This document shows positions 16,914 through 25,477 of a stretch of DNA of 64,000 nucleotides, piece after piece. The stretch is from Mageeibacillus sp. UBA5734 (lineage in GTDB: Bacteria; Bacillota; Clostridia; Saccharofermentanales; UBA5734): positions 3,499 through 67,498 of the forward strand of contig DIGA01000060.1 in the NCBI GenBank assembly GCA_002419365.1, in the 5' to 3' direction. A program made the position numbers and the translations under genes. The notes under the pieces were generated by a model. That model was not told the origin of the DNA and ran no database searches. It saw only the letters and a program-made list of their open reading frames with translations. Position 1 is the stretch's first letter; each line of letters opens with the position of its first letter.

Positions 16914-19900
16914 TCAGCTGTTTTCCCGTTTCTTCCACAGGATGAGAAGGGTCCCAGCCAACAGAAGGGTCATCAGGCCGATCACTTTGAACGGGTAAGC
17001 GTCAGATAGATCGCCGGTTTGGGGCATTTCTGCTCCGAAGACATCCAGGATAGCTGCCAAGGTAGTTGTCGGTGCCGGAGTCGTTGTCGGAGGCGGCGGG
17101 AGGGTATCAATGTCGACGTCTGCACCGTCGCTGTCACTGACCGGTGTCTGCTCGTCGTCTGTACCGCTGACGGTGACAATGTCATCGATATTTTCGCCGC
17201 GGTCGCCATCGATGGATGCCTCAAAGTAGACCGTCAGGCTGGCTCCCGGCAGGATGGTCTGCGGCAACGTGATCGGTGTGGTCAGGGTGGCATTGGTGTA
17301 GAGAAGCGGACTAAAGGCGGGGCCGCCTTCGATCGAGTCGGTCAGGCTGGTGATCGTGACTGGATCATTGGCTAGACTGGTGTTTACAATGACGACCATG
17401 AAGGTTGCTTCGTCGCCAGGATCATCCACTGAATCATCCAGGGCGAATTTGGCAATGTCGATGGACGGTGGCGCGTTGACTGGGATCGAGAACTCGTCAC
17501 TTTCAGGTTCGGTTTCAGTCGAATCCACCATTACAGTGTTGTCGAGCCAGCCGTCAGCGGGGCTCTCTTCGGTGCTGGTGCCAGCTGCCGTGATTTCAGC
17601 CAGGGTGACGGTGTGGCTGCCGGTGAAGATCCAAGTCTCACCAACATCGAGCTTGTCGTTATCATTGGTGTCGCCACTGCTGTAAGTTGGTCCGACCGTG
17701 CAAATCGGATCTGTGACCGTGATGTTTGTCAGAACCACATTGCCCTTATTAACAACAGTGAAGGTGTACGGCACGACTTGTCCCACGGTCGTGATCAAGG
17801 TTGTTGTGCTGGTTTTTTCAACAGACAGAGCAGGCGACAATCCGATCGAGATTTCATGATCATCGGTGTCTGGGCTGGTCTCATTCGAGTCAGCCGTCAC
17901 TGTGTTGTCCAGATCGCCGTCGCCGCCGCCGTTGGAGTCAATCTCTGCCTGCGTGACGATGTGGCTGCCGGTGTAGGTCCAGGCTTCGTTCACATCCAGA
18001 ATGCCGTCCAGGCCGATGTCACCACTGCTGTAGGATGGGCCAATATCACAATCAGGATCCATGACGGTGATGCCAGTGAGACTGACATTACCCGTATTAC
18101 GGACTACAAATGTATAGGGCACCACTTGGCCAGCTGCTGTGATCAGGGTTGTTGCGCTTGATTTCTCAACGGACAGGCCAGGAATCTGGGCGATCGGAAT
18201 CGCGTGGATATCGGTATCCGGGTCGGTCTCGTTTGAATCGGCTGTGACTGTGTTGTCGAGATCGCCATCCCCGCCACCATTGCCGTCAAGTTCAAATTGG
18301 GTGACGGTATGGTTGCCAGCAAAGGTCCAACTTTCACCAACGTCGAGCTTGTTGTTACCGTTGTCGCCGCTGACATAAGCCGGAGCCGGGCTGACGTTCG
18401 GGTCGGTGACCGAGATGCCGGTCAACGTCATATTGCCGGTGTTCGTGACCAAGAAGGTATAAGGAACCACTTGGCCCGCCTCGTCTATCAGGATCGTCGT
18501 GCTGCTCTTGACCACATTCAGACCAGGGCTCTGTTCGATCTGAATTGCGTGGATATCGGTGTCCGGACCGGTCTCGTTGGAATCTGCCGTCACCGTGTTG
18601 TCGAGGTCGCCGTCGCCGCCGCCATCTGTGTCGATTTCGGCTTGCGTGACGGTGTGGCTGCCGCTGTAGGTCCAGGTCTCGGTCAGGTCGAGCTTGCCAT
18701 TGCTGTTGGCGTCACCACTGACATAGACTGCAGCAGCGTCCAGGTTCGGGTCGCTGACTGTGATCCCGGTCAGGGTGACATTGCCGGTGTTCGTGACCAC
18801 GAAGGTGTAAGGTACGCTTTGGCCGGCTGCGGTGATCAGGATCGTGGTGCTGCTCTTGACCACATTCAGACCAGGGATGCGGCTGATCGGGATGGCCAGG
18901 TCATCGGTAGCCGGGCCGGTCTCGTTCGAGTCGGCCGTCACCGTGTTGTCGAGATCGCCATCGCCGTCGCCATTGGAGTCCATCTCCGCCTGTGTCACGG
19001 TGTGGCTGCCCGTATAGGTCCAGGCTTCGCCGACATCCAGGATGCCATCCAGACCGAGATCGCCGCTGCTGTAGGTCGGACCTGTTGTGCAGTTCGGGTC
19101 TGTGACCGTGATGCCCGTCAGGCTGACGTTGCCGGTGTTCCTGACCACGAAGGTGTACGGGACGACTTGGCCAGCTGCGGTGATCAGGGTCGTCGTGCTC
19201 GTTTTCTCGACCTCCAGATCCGCGGCATAGCCGATATTGATGAAATGGTCATCCGTATCCGGGCCGGTCTCGTTCGAGTCAGCCGTCACGGTGTTGTCGA
19301 GGTCGCCGTCACCGCCGCCGTTGGAGTCGATCTCTTCCTGCGTCACGGTATGGCTGCCGGTGAAAATCCAGATCTCCGTGACTTCCATCAGGCCATTGTG
19401 GTTCAGATCGCCAACGTCCAGCACGGGGTCGGCGTCGCAGTTCGGATCACTGACCGTGATGCCGGTCAGGGTGACATTGCCGGTGTTGTAGACCGTGAAG
19501 GTATACGGAACCACCTGGCCGGCGTGATCGATCAGGATCGTGGTGCTATTCTTGACCACATCGAGAGCCGGATTCTGGTCAATCGGGATTGCCAGATCAT
19601 CGGTGTCCGGGCCGGTCTCGTTCGAATCCGCCGTCACCGTGTTGTCGAGGTCGCCGTCGCCGCCGCCATCTGTGTCGATTTCAGCTTGCGTGACGGTGTG
19701 GCTGCCGGTGTAAGTCCAGCTTTCGCCGACATCGAGTAGGCCGTTGCTGTTGGTGTCGCCGCTGGCATAGGCCGGAGCCGGGCTGACATTCGGGTCGCTG
19801 ACCGTGATGCCTGTCAGGGTGACATTGCCGGTGTTAGTAACGATGAAAGTGTATGGCACGATCTGGCCGGCTGCGGTGATCAGCGTCGTCGTGCTGCTCT

Positions 19901-22900
19901 TGGCCACATTCAGTCCAGGGGTGCGGCTGATCGGGATGAAATGATCGTCGGTCTCGGGACCGGTTTCATTGGAATCGGCCGTCACCGTGTTGTCGAGGTC
20001 GCCATCGCCGCCGCCGTTGGAATCAATCTCCGCCTGCGTCACGGTGTGGCTGCCGCTGTAGGTCCAGGCTTCGCCGACGTCCAGGATGCCGTCCATGCCG
20101 ATGTCACCACTGCTGTAGGTCGGGCCTGTCGTGCAGTTCGGGTCGGTGACCGTGATGCCCGTCAGGCTGACGTTGCCGGTGTTCGTCACCACGAAGGTGT
20201 ACGGCACCACTTGGCCGGCTGAGGTGATCAGAGTCGTCGTGCTGCTCTTGACCACGTTCAAAGCGGGTCCCTGGCGAATCGGAATCGCATAATCGTCGGT
20301 GTCCGGGCCGGTTTCATTGGAATCGGCCGTCACCGTGTTGTCGAGATCGCCGTCGCCGCCGCCATTGTTATTGATCTCAAGCTGAAGCACCGTGTGATTG
20401 CCCGTGTAGGTCCAGCTTTCGCCGACATCGAGTTGGCCGTTGCTGTTGGTGTCGCCGCTGGCATAGGCCGGAGCCGGGCTGACATTCAGGTCGGTGACCG
20501 TGATGCCTGTCAGAGTGACATTGCCGGTGTTGGTGACTACAAAAGTATACGGAACCACCTGGTCGGCATGGTCAATCAGCGTCGTGGTGCTGCTCTTGAC
20601 CACATTCAGACCAGGGGTGCGGCTGATCGGGATTGCCAGATCGTCGGTGTCCGGTCCGGTTTCATTGGAATCGGCCGTCACCGTGTTGTCGAGGTCGCCG
20701 TCGCCGCCGCCGTTGGAGTCGATCTCCGCCTGCGTCACGGTGTGGTTGCCGCTGTAGGTCCAGGTCTCGGTCAAATCGAGCTTGTTATTGCTATTGGTGT
20801 CGCCACTGACATAGGCTGCAGCTGCATCCAGATTTGAGTCTGTGACCGTGATGCCGGTCAGGGTGACATTGCCGGTGTTGGTGACTACAAAGGTGTACGA
20901 TACCACTTGGCCGGCATGGTCGATCAGGATCGTGGTGCTGCTCTTGACCACATTCAGGCCAGGGGTGCGGCTGATCGGGATCGCCAGGTCGTCGGTAGCC
21001 GGGCCGGTTTCATTGGAATCGGCCGTCACCGTGTTGTCGAGGTCGCCGTCGCCGCCGCCGTTGGAGTCAACCTCCGCCTGCGTCACAGTGTGGCTGCCGC
21101 TGTAAGTCCAGGTCTCGGTCAGGTCGAGCTTGCCATTGCTATTGGCATCGCCGCTGACATAGGCCGGGGCTGGGCTGACATTCGGGTCTGTGACCGTGAT
21201 GCCCGTCAGGGCCACGTTACCGGTGTTCGTAACCACGAAGGTGTACGGCACCACCTGGCCCGCATGGTCGATCAAGGTCGTCGTACTGGATTTTTCAACA
21301 TTCAAGCTGGGATTGGCGAAAAAGTTGCCGAAATCAATCGAGCTGACCGATGGGTGATCGGCATCGAGGGTCACGTCCCAGTTGATGGGGTTACCGGATG
21401 AATCGTGCGGATAGGTCTGTTCATAGCCAGGCTGAACGGACTCGGAGATTTCCCAGTCGGCATAGGACATGTCCGGGAAACTGTAATGGCCGTCACCGCC
21501 GGTCGTTGTGTCGAGGGTAAAGGTGACGCCGCCGTAGGTGATGGTGGCATGGATCGTCCAGTCAGAAAGGCCGGTGTCCTCGGCATCCCGGTCACCGTCA
21601 CCGTTGACATCCAGCCATTTGGTACCGCTGATGGCACCCGGCGGTTCTGCCGGAACCGGCAGAGGCACCGTCTTGTTGCCGAACGTTTCGAGCTGGATAT
21701 GGCCAGACGAACCGCTGACATAGCCAGAACCATAGGGGTGATTGGCGTCAGGGCTGCCATACTTGTAACCGCCCCAGGGTATCGTCAACGGATTGGTCGC
21801 CAGGGAGGTGTGCAGGTTGGTCCGCCAGAACAAGGTCCGCGAAAGATGCAATTGGAAGTAGATGACGATCGTATCGGCTTCATCGAGTCCGGCATCGACC
21901 AGGTTGTCCTGAGTGATCACAATCGTCCGGCGGTCAACGGTGTAATTGTCCGGATCACCGGGCAGGACATCGTTGATTTGTGGATCAAATTCAAAGCTGG
22001 AGACCGATTTCAACAACGTGAAACCGCCCCACACGTTTTCAGCTTCCAGGTCGTTTTGCGCCGTTTCCAGTTCCTCTCGCGAGCCAATGCTGGCGTCTGG
22101 ATAAGCCTGGCTGTCCGTCAGTTCAACGGTACCCACTTGCAAGTCTTTGACCATGTCAATGAAACGATGGCCGCCATTGGTGAAGTCGTAGGAAATCACC
22201 AGCTTGCCATCGTACTGTGACATGCCATCAAGTCCTGGGCCCCAGGCCGTCTGGACGCCGGTCAGGACGAGCTGGTAAGGGACCCACTCACCCTCGGCAT
22301 AGGTCTTGCCAAGGTTGCCAGTTGTCCAGCCACCGCCTCCATCGACACCACCGTTAAAGCCCATGAGCGATGCGGATGGGTCGCCGTAGTTGATCGTTGC
22401 TTCAAGAGCCAGAGGAGCTGCTAAAGCAAGCGGAGACCCCAGCTCAGGCTCAGTTGGCTCACTGGTTTCGCTGGATTGAGGTTCACTTGCATCCGGTTCG
22501 CCTGAACCGGGCTCGCTTTGCGTAGGATCGCCTGTTTCACTGCTGGTTGTTTCAATGCTGGTTGTATCCTGAAAGCTTCCTGGATCGGATTCTCCAGATT
22601 CGCTGGCTGAGGTCTCTCCGCCGCCTGGATCTGGCTGCATCTCGTCTCCTGATGTCTCAATGGGATCCTCCGAAGACTGGGTGATTCCATCGCTATCCGT
22701 TTCCGACGGCGCTGTCTCATCCTGTTCGATCACGGATTCATTTCCAAAACCAGCGGCAAACTCACCCGATTCTGTCTCTGATCCATCGATCCCATCCTCA
22801 GCTGAAACTTGCAAGCTGGGGGTCAGGATCAATAGGAGGAAGGCTATTGTCACGAATATTGAAAGCTTACCAAGGACAGCTTTCGTAAAGATCCTGTCGC

Positions 22901-22907
22901 TTGACAT
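16914..22907 (-). CDS. Giant cell-wall-anchored surface protein (1,997 aa): signal peptide, acidic spacer, unknown domain, SdrD/Cna-B-like unit, 11+1 DUF11/DUF7507-like repeats, PT stalk, MPQTG sorting signal
   Basis: ATG at 22907 with AAGGAAG RBS and signal peptide LSIFVTIAFLLLILTPSLQVSA. The C-terminus MPQTG + hydrophobic helix + KKRENS fits an LPXTG-type anchor. Repeats were read directly from the translation. Confidence 0.9.
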   Translation of the reverse strand: MSSDRIFTKAVLGKLSIFVTIAFLLLILTPSLQVSAEDGIDGSETESGEFAAGFGNESVIEQDETAPSETDSDGITQSSEDPIETSGDEMQPDPGGGETSASESGESDPGSFQDTTSIETTSSETGDPTQSEPGSGEPDASEPQSSETSEPTEPELGSPLALAAPLALEATINYGDPSASLMGFNGGVDGGGGWTTGNLGKTYAEGEWVPYQLVLTGVQTAWGPGLDGMSQYDGKLVISYDFTNGGHRFIDMVKDLQVGTVELTDSQAYPDASIGSREELETAQNDLEAENVWGGFTLLKSVSSFEFDPQINDVLPGDPDNYTVDRRTIVITQDNLVDAGLDEADTIVIYFQLHLSRTLFWRTNLHTSLATNPLTIPWGGYKYGSPDANHPYGSGYVSGSSGHIQLETFGNKTVPLPVPAEPPGAISGTKWLDVNGDGDRDAEDTGLSDWTIHATITYGGVTFTLDTTTGGDGHYSFPDMSYADWEISESVQPGYEQTYPHDSSGNPINWDVTLDADHPSVSSIDFGNFFANPSLNVEKSSTTTLIDHAGQVVPYTFVVTNTGNVALTGITVTDPNVSPAPAYVSGDANSNGKLDLTETWTYSGSHTVTQAEVDSNGGGDGDLDNTVTADSNETGPATDDLAIPISRTPGLNVVKSSTTILIDHAGQVVSYTFVVTNTGNVTLTGITVTDSNLDAAAAYVSGDTNSNNKLDLTETWTYSGNHTVTQAEIDSNGGGDGDLDNTVTADSNETGPDTDDLAIPISRTPGLNVVKSSTTTLIDHADQVVPYTFVVTNTGNVTLTGITVTDLNVSPAPAYASGDTNSNGQLDVGESWTYTGNHTVLQLEINNNGGGDGDLDNTVTADSNETGPDTDDYAIPIRQGPALNVVKSSTTTLITSAGQVVPYTFVVTNTGNVSLTGITVTDPNCTTGPTYSSGDIGMDGILDVGEAWTYSGSHTVTQAEIDSNGGGDGDLDNTVTADSNETGPETDDHFIPISRTPGLNVAKSSTTTLITAAGQIVPYTFIVTNTGNVTLTGITVSDPNVSPAPAYASGDTNSNGLLDVGESWTYTGSHTVTQAEIDTDGGGDGDLDNTVTADSNETGPDTDDLAIPIDQNPALDVVKNSTTILIDHAGQVVPYTFTVYNTGNVTLTGITVSDPNCDADPVLDVGDLNHNGLMEVTEIWIFTGSHTVTQEEIDSNGGGDGDLDNTVTADSNETGPDTDDHFINIGYAADLEVEKTSTTTLITAAGQVVPYTFVVRNTGNVSLTGITVTDPNCTTGPTYSSGDLGLDGILDVGEAWTYTGSHTVTQAEMDSNGDGDGDLDNTVTADSNETGPATDDLAIPISRIPGLNVVKSSTTILITAAGQSVPYTFVVTNTGNVTLTGITVSDPNLDAAAVYVSGDANSNGKLDLTETWTYSGSHTVTQAEIDTDGGGDGDLDNTVTADSNETGPDTDIHAIQIEQSPGLNVVKSSTTILIDEAGQVVPYTFLVTNTGNMTLTGISVTDPNVSPAPAYVSGDNGNNKLDVGESWTFAGNHTVTQFELDGNGGGDGDLDNTVTADSNETDPDTDIHAIPIAQIPGLSVEKSSATTLITAAGQVVPYTFVVRNTGNVSLTGITVMDPDCDIGPSYSSGDIGLDGILDVNEAWTYTGSHIVTQAEIDSNGGGDGDLDNTVTADSNETSPDTDDHEISIGLSPALSVEKTSTTTLITTVGQVVPYTFTVVNKGNVVLTNITVTDPICTVGPTYSSGDTNDNDKLDVGETWIFTGSHTVTLAEITAAGTSTEESPADGWLDNTVMVDSTETEPESDEFSIPVNAPPSIDIAKFALDDSVDDPGDEATFMVVIVNTSLANDPVTITSLTDSIEGGPAFSPLLYTNATLTTPITLPQTILPGASLTVYFEASIDGDRGENIDDIVTVSGTDDEQTPVSDSDGADVDIDTLPPPPTTTPAPTTTLAAILDVFGAEMPQTGDLSDAYPFKVIGLMTLLLAGTLLILWKKRENS
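17106..17462 (-). repeat. Degenerate twelfth repeat unit (119 aa, DUF11-like) preceding the PT stalk
   Basis: It has the same length class and the NTS...VT pattern but low identity to units 1-11. Confidence 0.6.
17463..21305 (-). repeat. Eleven in-frame tandem repeats of 345-366 bp (mostly 348 bp / 116 aa) inside the giant surface-protein gene
   Basis: Unit boundaries come from residue counting: 17463, 17829, 18177, 18522, 18870, 19218, 19566, 19914, 20262, 20610, 20958 and 21305. Out-of-frame shadow ORFs at 20494-20757 and 20842-21105 differ at only 6 of 87 codons, showing high nucleotide identity. Confidence 0.9.
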
Positions 22908-23076
22908 ATCAATCACTTCCTTTACTTGTCCAACATTTTGTCTGAAGTAAAAGCGTCTGTTCCTTGTGAACCTGAATCTACAAATTTTTCTGGATCCCTG
23001 CGCGACCTGGATTTTCTGTTCGGACCATGACCTTGCTGATGTGTTGCCTGAAGCAACTCTTGATAAACTGTATCTG

Positions 23077-23108
23077 AAAAACAAAAAACCGGCTGATTAA
23101 GCCGGTTT
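23077..23108 (-). terminator. Rho-independent terminator within the 5' leader of the giant surface-protein gene
   Basis: Minus strand reads AAACCGGCU uaauc AGCCGGUUU followed by UUUGUUUUU. It lies about 170 nt upstream of the ATG at 22907. Confidence 0.65.
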
Positions 23109-23216
23109 CGCTATTTGCTCCTGTCTGATCAAGCGCCCAAATACAATCAGACAATCACAGCATCTTGCACGTTTGAAGATACATGAGGTTTCATTTTTCA
23201 AGGTTCTAGTACTGTC

Positions 23217-23225
23217 ATTTTACCA
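23217..23225 (-). promoter_or_regulatory. Extended -10 element (TGgTAAAAT, minus strand) that would start the leader transcript of the giant surface-protein gene
   Basis: Reverse complement of ATTTTACCA at 23217-23225, about 110 nt upstream of the leader terminator. Confidence 0.4.
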
Positions 23226-23354
23226 CAATTGATTCAACACTTCACTAAGATTGGCAATTTCACGGTCATATTATGAAAATTTTACTGTCCTTATCCGGCG
23301 ATCCCTTTGATTCGACTGTTCATTATGCTACGCTCGGAAGGTGAGGTATGCTGT

Positions 23355-25436
23355 ATGCGTTCATTCAATTCCATTTCCAGATTCCTGATGGCGGCCGTCC
23401 TGATTGTAACCAGTTTTCTGCCTGCCGCTTGTGCCAGCCAGACAGTGGAAACAAAGCCCCAGGCCAGCCCGGAAACAACCTTTGCACGCTTTACAGAGGC
23501 CTGGGCCGGACAGGATTATTCCGCGATGTACCAGCTTTTGTCCAGCGAGTCCAAGCTTAGCATTGCTGAAGCTGATTTCACTGAGCGTTATGCCAAGATC
23601 ATGCAAGGGATTGAAGCGTCGGAACTGGATTTTGAAATGGCAGCAGATGGGCTTGCCAGATCGGATGACCAGGCATCGGCCACGATAGCTTTTTCCGTCC
23701 AGATGGACACATTGGCCGGACGGCTTGATTTGACGGGCTATACCATGAACCTCGTCCAGGAGACAGCTAGTGATGCAAACAGCAAGGAGAAAATCTGGAC
23801 GATCCACTGGTCGGAGGAACTGATCTTTCCAGGCATGGGCCCGACGGACAAGGTCCGGGTCCGGCGGATCGAGCCGATCCGTGGTGAAATCATCGATCGC
23901 GAGGGCCAGGGGCTGGCTGTCAACGGCGAGCTGATCACGATCGGTGTTGTGCCCGGCCGCTTTGACCCCGTCCGCGAGGATGCAATCCCGCAGATGGCCC
24001 AGCTGCTGGGCATTTCCGAGGAGCGGATTGAAAAGGCGCTGGGTAGTGCCACCAACCCTGACTGGTTCTATCCAGTCGTAACCCTGGCGGCCAATGCCAA
24101 TCAATTATCCGCCAAGCTGACTGCGATCGATGGCGTCCAGTACCAGAAAACGGCAGGCCGGATCTATCCGGCTGGTGCGTCGACCGGACTCCTTACTGGC
24201 TACATCGGACCGATCACAGCGGAAGAACTGGAGAAACTGGCCGGGAAACGGTATCTGGCCACGGACCGGATCGGTAAGATGGGGCTGGAGCAAGTGTACG
24301 AGGAGCGGCTGCGAGGCCAACCTGGCGGTGAAATCATCATCGTTGGCGAAGATGGCCAGCGGGTCAAGCAGCAGATCGCCCTCCGGGACGCGGTCGATGG
24401 TGAAACCATCCAGTTGACAATCGACCTGGCTACGCAGTATGCCCTGTACAGACAGATGCAGACCGATGCCGGGGCAGCTGCGGCTGTCGATCCGCTGAGT
24501 GGGGAGATCCTCGCTCTGGTCAGCACACCAGCGTTCGATCCCAACCTGCTCCAGACCTACGTCCCGGATGCGGTCCAGGCCAGCTGGAATGAGGCGGTCA
24601 AGCCATATTTTTCCAGCCGGTTCAAGCAAGTCTATGCGCCCGGCTCCGTATTCAAGCTGGTGACCGCGGCGATCGGCCTCAACACCGGCACCCTCGATCC
24701 AGATGAGGCGCTGGAAATTTCCGGACTGAAATGGCGGCCAGACAGCAGCTGGGGGACGTATGCGGTCACGCGAGTCAAAGATCCCGGCCAGCCGGTTGAC
24801 CTGCTGGATGCGTTCCTGTATTCGGACAATATTTATTTCGCCCAAAAGGCTCTGGCCATCGGCGGGTCTGCCTTTGCCGAGGGCGCTGCAGGATTCGGTA
24901 TTGGTGAAGATCTGCCCGTCGATTACCCCTTCAACACCTCCCAGCTGGCCAATGCTGGTCTGGAAAATCCGGTCCTGCTGGCTGATACCGGCTATGGCCA
25001 AGGTGAAGTCTTGTTGAGCCCGCTCCATCTCGCGCTGTTTTACAGCACGCTGGCAACGGAAGGCAATCTGTTGAAGCCGGTCCTGGAATACCGTGAAGAC
25101 CGGAAGCCGGAGATCTGGAAAGAACATGCGATTGCAGCTGAGCATGTCCCGCTTCTGACAGAAGCGTTGCTCGCCGTCGTTGAAAATCCCGCTGGCACTG
25201 CCTACACCAAAGATGGTTCCGAGCATCGCATTCTGGGCAAGACTGGCACGGCTGAACTCAAGCAAAGCCTCGACGATGAAACTGCAGAAGAAAATGGCTG
25301 GTTCGTCGCGCTGAATGTCGATGACCCAGGCCTTGCTGTTGCCATGATGATCGAAGACGTCAAAACCCGCGGCGGCAGCCACTATGTCGTACCGCTCGTG
25401 AAAAAAGCCATGGACGAAGCACTGTCAGGGGGATGA
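23355..25436 (+). CDS. Class B penicillin-binding protein with NTF2-like (MecA_N-type) N-terminal domain; lipoprotein-type signal
   Basis: SXXK = SVFK, SXN = SDN, KTG = KTGTAE. Lipobox-like LPAAC. GGTGAGG RBS before the ATG at 23355. Confidence 0.85.
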   Translation: MRSFNSISRFLMAAVLIVTSFLPAACASQTVETKPQASPETTFARFTEAWAGQDYSAMYQLLSSESKLSIAEADFTERYAKIMQGIEASELDFEMAADGLARSDDQASATIAFSVQMDTLAGRLDLTGYTMNLVQETASDANSKEKIWTIHWSEELIFPGMGPTDKVRVRRIEPIRGEIIDREGQGLAVNGELITIGVVPGRFDPVREDAIPQMAQLLGISEERIEKALGSATNPDWFYPVVTLAANANQLSAKLTAIDGVQYQKTAGRIYPAGASTGLLTGYIGPITAEELEKLAGKRYLATDRIGKMGLEQVYEERLRGQPGGEIIIVGEDGQRVKQQIALRDAVDGETIQLTIDLATQYALYRQMQTDAGAAAAVDPLSGEILALVSTPAFDPNLLQTYVPDAVQASWNEAVKPYFSSRFKQVYAPGSVFKLVTAAIGLNTGTLDPDEALEISGLKWRPDSSWGTYAVTRVKDPGQPVDLLDAFLYSDNIYFAQKALAIGGSAFAEGAAGFGIGEDLPVDYPFNTSQLANAGLENPVLLADTGYGQGEVLLSPLHLALFYSTLATEGNLLKPVLEYREDRKPEIWKEHAIAAEHVPLLTEALLAVVENPAGTAYTKDGSEHRILGKTGTAELKQSLDDETAEENGWFVALNVDDPGLAVAMMIEDVKTRGGSHYVVPLVKKAMDEALSGG

Positions 25437-25445
25437 GCTGCTTTT

Positions 25446-25476
25446 GCCGGATTTGGGACGCCGTCCGAAATTCGGC
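25446..25476. repeat. 31-bp palindromic element, copy 1 (GCCGGATTTGGGACG C CGTCCGAAATTCGGC)
   Basis: Lies between the convergent PBP and opu SBP genes. It matches the reverse complement of the copy at 28423-28453 at 29 of 31 positions. No U-tract on either side. Confidence 0.85.
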
Positions 25477-25477
25477 A

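Noticed and set aside
18297-19739. 480-aa ORF on the + strand, plus several 60-180-aa ORFs, antisense to the repeat region of the giant gene
   Set aside because: These are shadow ORFs. They are R/G/V/A/D-rich and low in complexity. They copy the 348-bp periodicity of the sense gene, have no RBS, and sit on the strand opposite a gene with clear domain structure.
17463-21305. A 348-bp periodic array as a CRISPR-like or satellite element
   Set aside because: The period is a multiple of three. The array is in frame, translates into a conserved Ig-like or DUF11-like domain, and has no spacer/repeat alternation.
22908-23084. 59-codon N-terminal extension of the giant ORF (start at 23084)
   Set aside because: The extension is basic and non-signal-like, has no RBS, and runs through the leader terminator. 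The ATG at 22907 has an AAGGAAG RBS and is followed by a proper signal peptide.
23109-23216. c-di-GMP (GEMM-I/II) or other known riboswitch in the adhesin leader
   Set aside because: From memory I could not find the conserved GEMM elements, such as GCAAA..CC / CGCAAAGC with a tetraloop-receptor layout, or any other aptamer consensus. It is kept only as an unclassified attenuator candidate.
25446-25476. The 31-bp palindrome as a simple bidirectional terminator for the PBP and opu genes
   Set aside because: No U-tract follows the stem on either strand. A near-identical copy also lies in a promoter region (28423-28453) where termination makes no sense. It is reported instead as a repeated element.
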